Virus record (IMG/VR): IMGVR_UViG_3300049049_000237
Coordinates: 112,003-176,002 of that record
Source of the DNA: a virus
DNA length: 64,000 nucleotides
Strand: one strand, 5' to 3'
In this document: in pieces, positions 62,638 through 64,000 of the stretch
Layout of the letters: every line of letters begins with the position of its first letter
Position numbering within the stretch: the first letter of the stretch is position 1
The notes under the pieces: generated by a model
What the model was told of the DNA's origin: nothing
Database searches by the model: none
What the model saw: the letters and a program-made list of their open reading frames with translations, nothing else
Translations under genes and position numbers: made by a program

Positions 62638-63888
62638 TCCGTCGAGCAGATCGACGGCACCCTGCGGCAACGACGCTGCGCTGCCAGCGAGGTTGAGCTC
62701 GCCGTCGACCTGGCGGATGCCGAACGAGCCGATGACCTGAAGGCCCGCGAACGCAGCACGTCCGAGGAGCAGGTACTCCGAGCTCGGACGATCGACGTTC
62801 AGCCCGAGTGCCTGGAGCTTCTCACGTGCGACGCGGTTGAGCTCTTCCGGGCTCCGGAGCTTCAGCAGCTCCTTGACGCGGTCGAGTTCCTGTTGGTCGT
62901 ACGAGGGCTCGGCCTCCTCGTTGATGTAAGCCGTGTACTCGTCCTTCTGCTTCCAGATCGGAACGCGATCACCCTGCGATCCCTGAGCTCGCAGCGAAGA
63001 CGCCTTGTTCTGGATGTCGGGGACGTAGAGCTGGTTGCCGAGCCCGCGATTCGGGAACGCGAGGCTGCGCCCGTAGAGCGTGTTCTGCGCGTTCTCCAGC
63101 GCCTTCTGGATCGTGAAGCTCGCCTCGTTGAAGAACTTCGACGCTTCCGCGAGGAAGCCGCCGAGGCTGTCCTGCGATGCGGCGTCGGACACGGCACCCT
63201 CGGCCACATCCTCTTCGTCGGGGAGCGCCACGGTGGACGTCTCGCCGGGTACGCGATCGGTCTCTTCCATCCCGTCGTGCAGCGGCGTGAAGATGCTGCC
63301 GACGTCGCCGATGATCGAGTAGTTGGTGCAGAAGACCTGGAACTGGAGCGGCAGCTTGTACGGGTCGTCGACCGTAGCCGTCGCGCTCGCCTGGAGCATG
63401 TAGCCCTCGATCACGACGTCGTCGTAGTAGAGGTACATGCGGGCGTTGCGCTCCAGCAGCTTCGTGCCTCGCAGCGTCTCCTCGTAGTTCTTCCACCACT
63501 CGGACTTCCAGTTGAAGTTCCGGGTGTTCATCAGCACCGCCGAGAACGTGTAGATGCGCGGACGCTCTCCGAAGAAGAAGATGTAGTCCTCGCCGAACGT
63601 CTCGACGATCTGCTGCTTCTCGACGCGCTGCTCCTGCACCGCCTGGAGGATGAAGTTCGAGTACTCGTTGCTCTGGCCGATCCCGTTCACGTCGAACGAG
63701 CTGCTCGAATCGAGGAGCGGGATCGGGCGGTTCAGGGCGTCGAGGACCTTGATGGTCGCGTACGTGTCCTTCTTCACCTCGATGCCGCGCAAGGGCCGGC
63801 GCACGTTCTGGCGGGCGCGCGACTCCCTCGACGCCTCGTTGAAGACGTCCTCGAAGGGAGAAGTGGTCACGCTCATGAAGACGGCCAT
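62635..63888 (-). CDS. Putative tail/baseplate protein (tube-initiator-like)
   Basis: N-terminal beta-rich domain (QEQRVEKQQIVETFGE..FFFGERPR); GAGGAG SD; tail context. Confidence 0.5.
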   Translation of the reverse strand: MAVFMSVTTSPFEDVFNEASRESRARQNVRRPLRGIEVKKDTYATIKVLDALNRPIPLLDSSSSFDVNGIGQSNEYSNFILQAVQEQRVEKQQIVETFGEDYIFFFGERPRIYTFSAVLMNTRNFNWKSEWWKNYEETLRGTKLLERNARMYLYYDDVVIEGYMLQASATATVDDPYKLPLQFQVFCTNYSIIGDVGSIFTPLHDGMEETDRVPGETSTVALPDEEDVAEGAVSDAASQDSLGGFLAEASKFFNEASFTIQKALENAQNTLYGRSLAFPNRGLGNQLYVPDIQNKASSLRAQGSQGDRVPIWKQKDEYTAYINEEAEPSYDQQELDRVKELLKLRSPEELNRVAREKLQALGLNVDRPSSEYLLLGRAAFAGLQVIGSFGIRQVDGELNLAGSAASLPQGAVDLLDG

Positions 63889-63895
63889 TGGCTCC

Positions 63896-64000
63896 TCACA
63901 CGAAGAGGTTCGACTTGATGATCCAGTCCTTCACTTCGCGAGGGACGGGCTCGTGGAGCTTCTCGCCGGTCTTCACTCGGTGAAGGGCCGCAGCGAGGCC
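63896..64000 (-). CDS. C-terminal end of an upstream gene (partial)
   Basis: Open frame ...PREVKDWIIKSNLFV* ends just before the next SD. Confidence 0.55.
   Translation of the reverse strand, partial: GLAAALHRVKTGEKLHEPVPREVKDWIIKSNLFV

Noticed and set aside
1-64000. Alternative genetic code, introns or inteins in RNAP, PolA or helicases
   Set aside because: Genes are full-length under the standard code with tight stop/start coupling, and I saw no intein-like insertions.

Overview
A GC-rich, densely coding 64-kb segment of a large tailed dsDNA phage with a contractile-tail-type baseplate. No host housekeeping genes, rRNA, integrase, terminase or recognisable major capsid gene are in this window. 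Minus-strand blocks encode virion functions (portal, putative head proteins, baseplate and tail parts, fibres, an SGNH esterase, a holin and spanin-like genes), a single-chain 2075-aa fused beta-beta' multisubunit RNA polymerase, a sigma70-family factor and a SNF2 ATPase. Plus-strand blocks encode a MoxR-type AAA+/VWA pair and a full replication/recombination module (SF2 helicase, UDG-like protein, DUF932-like protein, DnaB, DnaG, putative SSB, PolA, RecA, two resolvases, Cas4-like nuclease). The intergenic DNA suggests a self-contained transcription system. (i) TAnnnT hexamers lie 6-7 nt before at least nine start codons, implying leaderless mRNAs, mostly for virion genes and the RNAP. (ii) CCTATCAG lies ahead of the plus-strand operons and the sigma operon. 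(iii) Hairpin terminators share a TCTTTTGCC tail. (iv) An Asn-rich leader peptide with alternative hairpins and a terminator precedes a tRNA-Asn(GTT) gene and looks like a ribosome-coupled attenuator. All calls come from motifs read by eye; no database searches were run.
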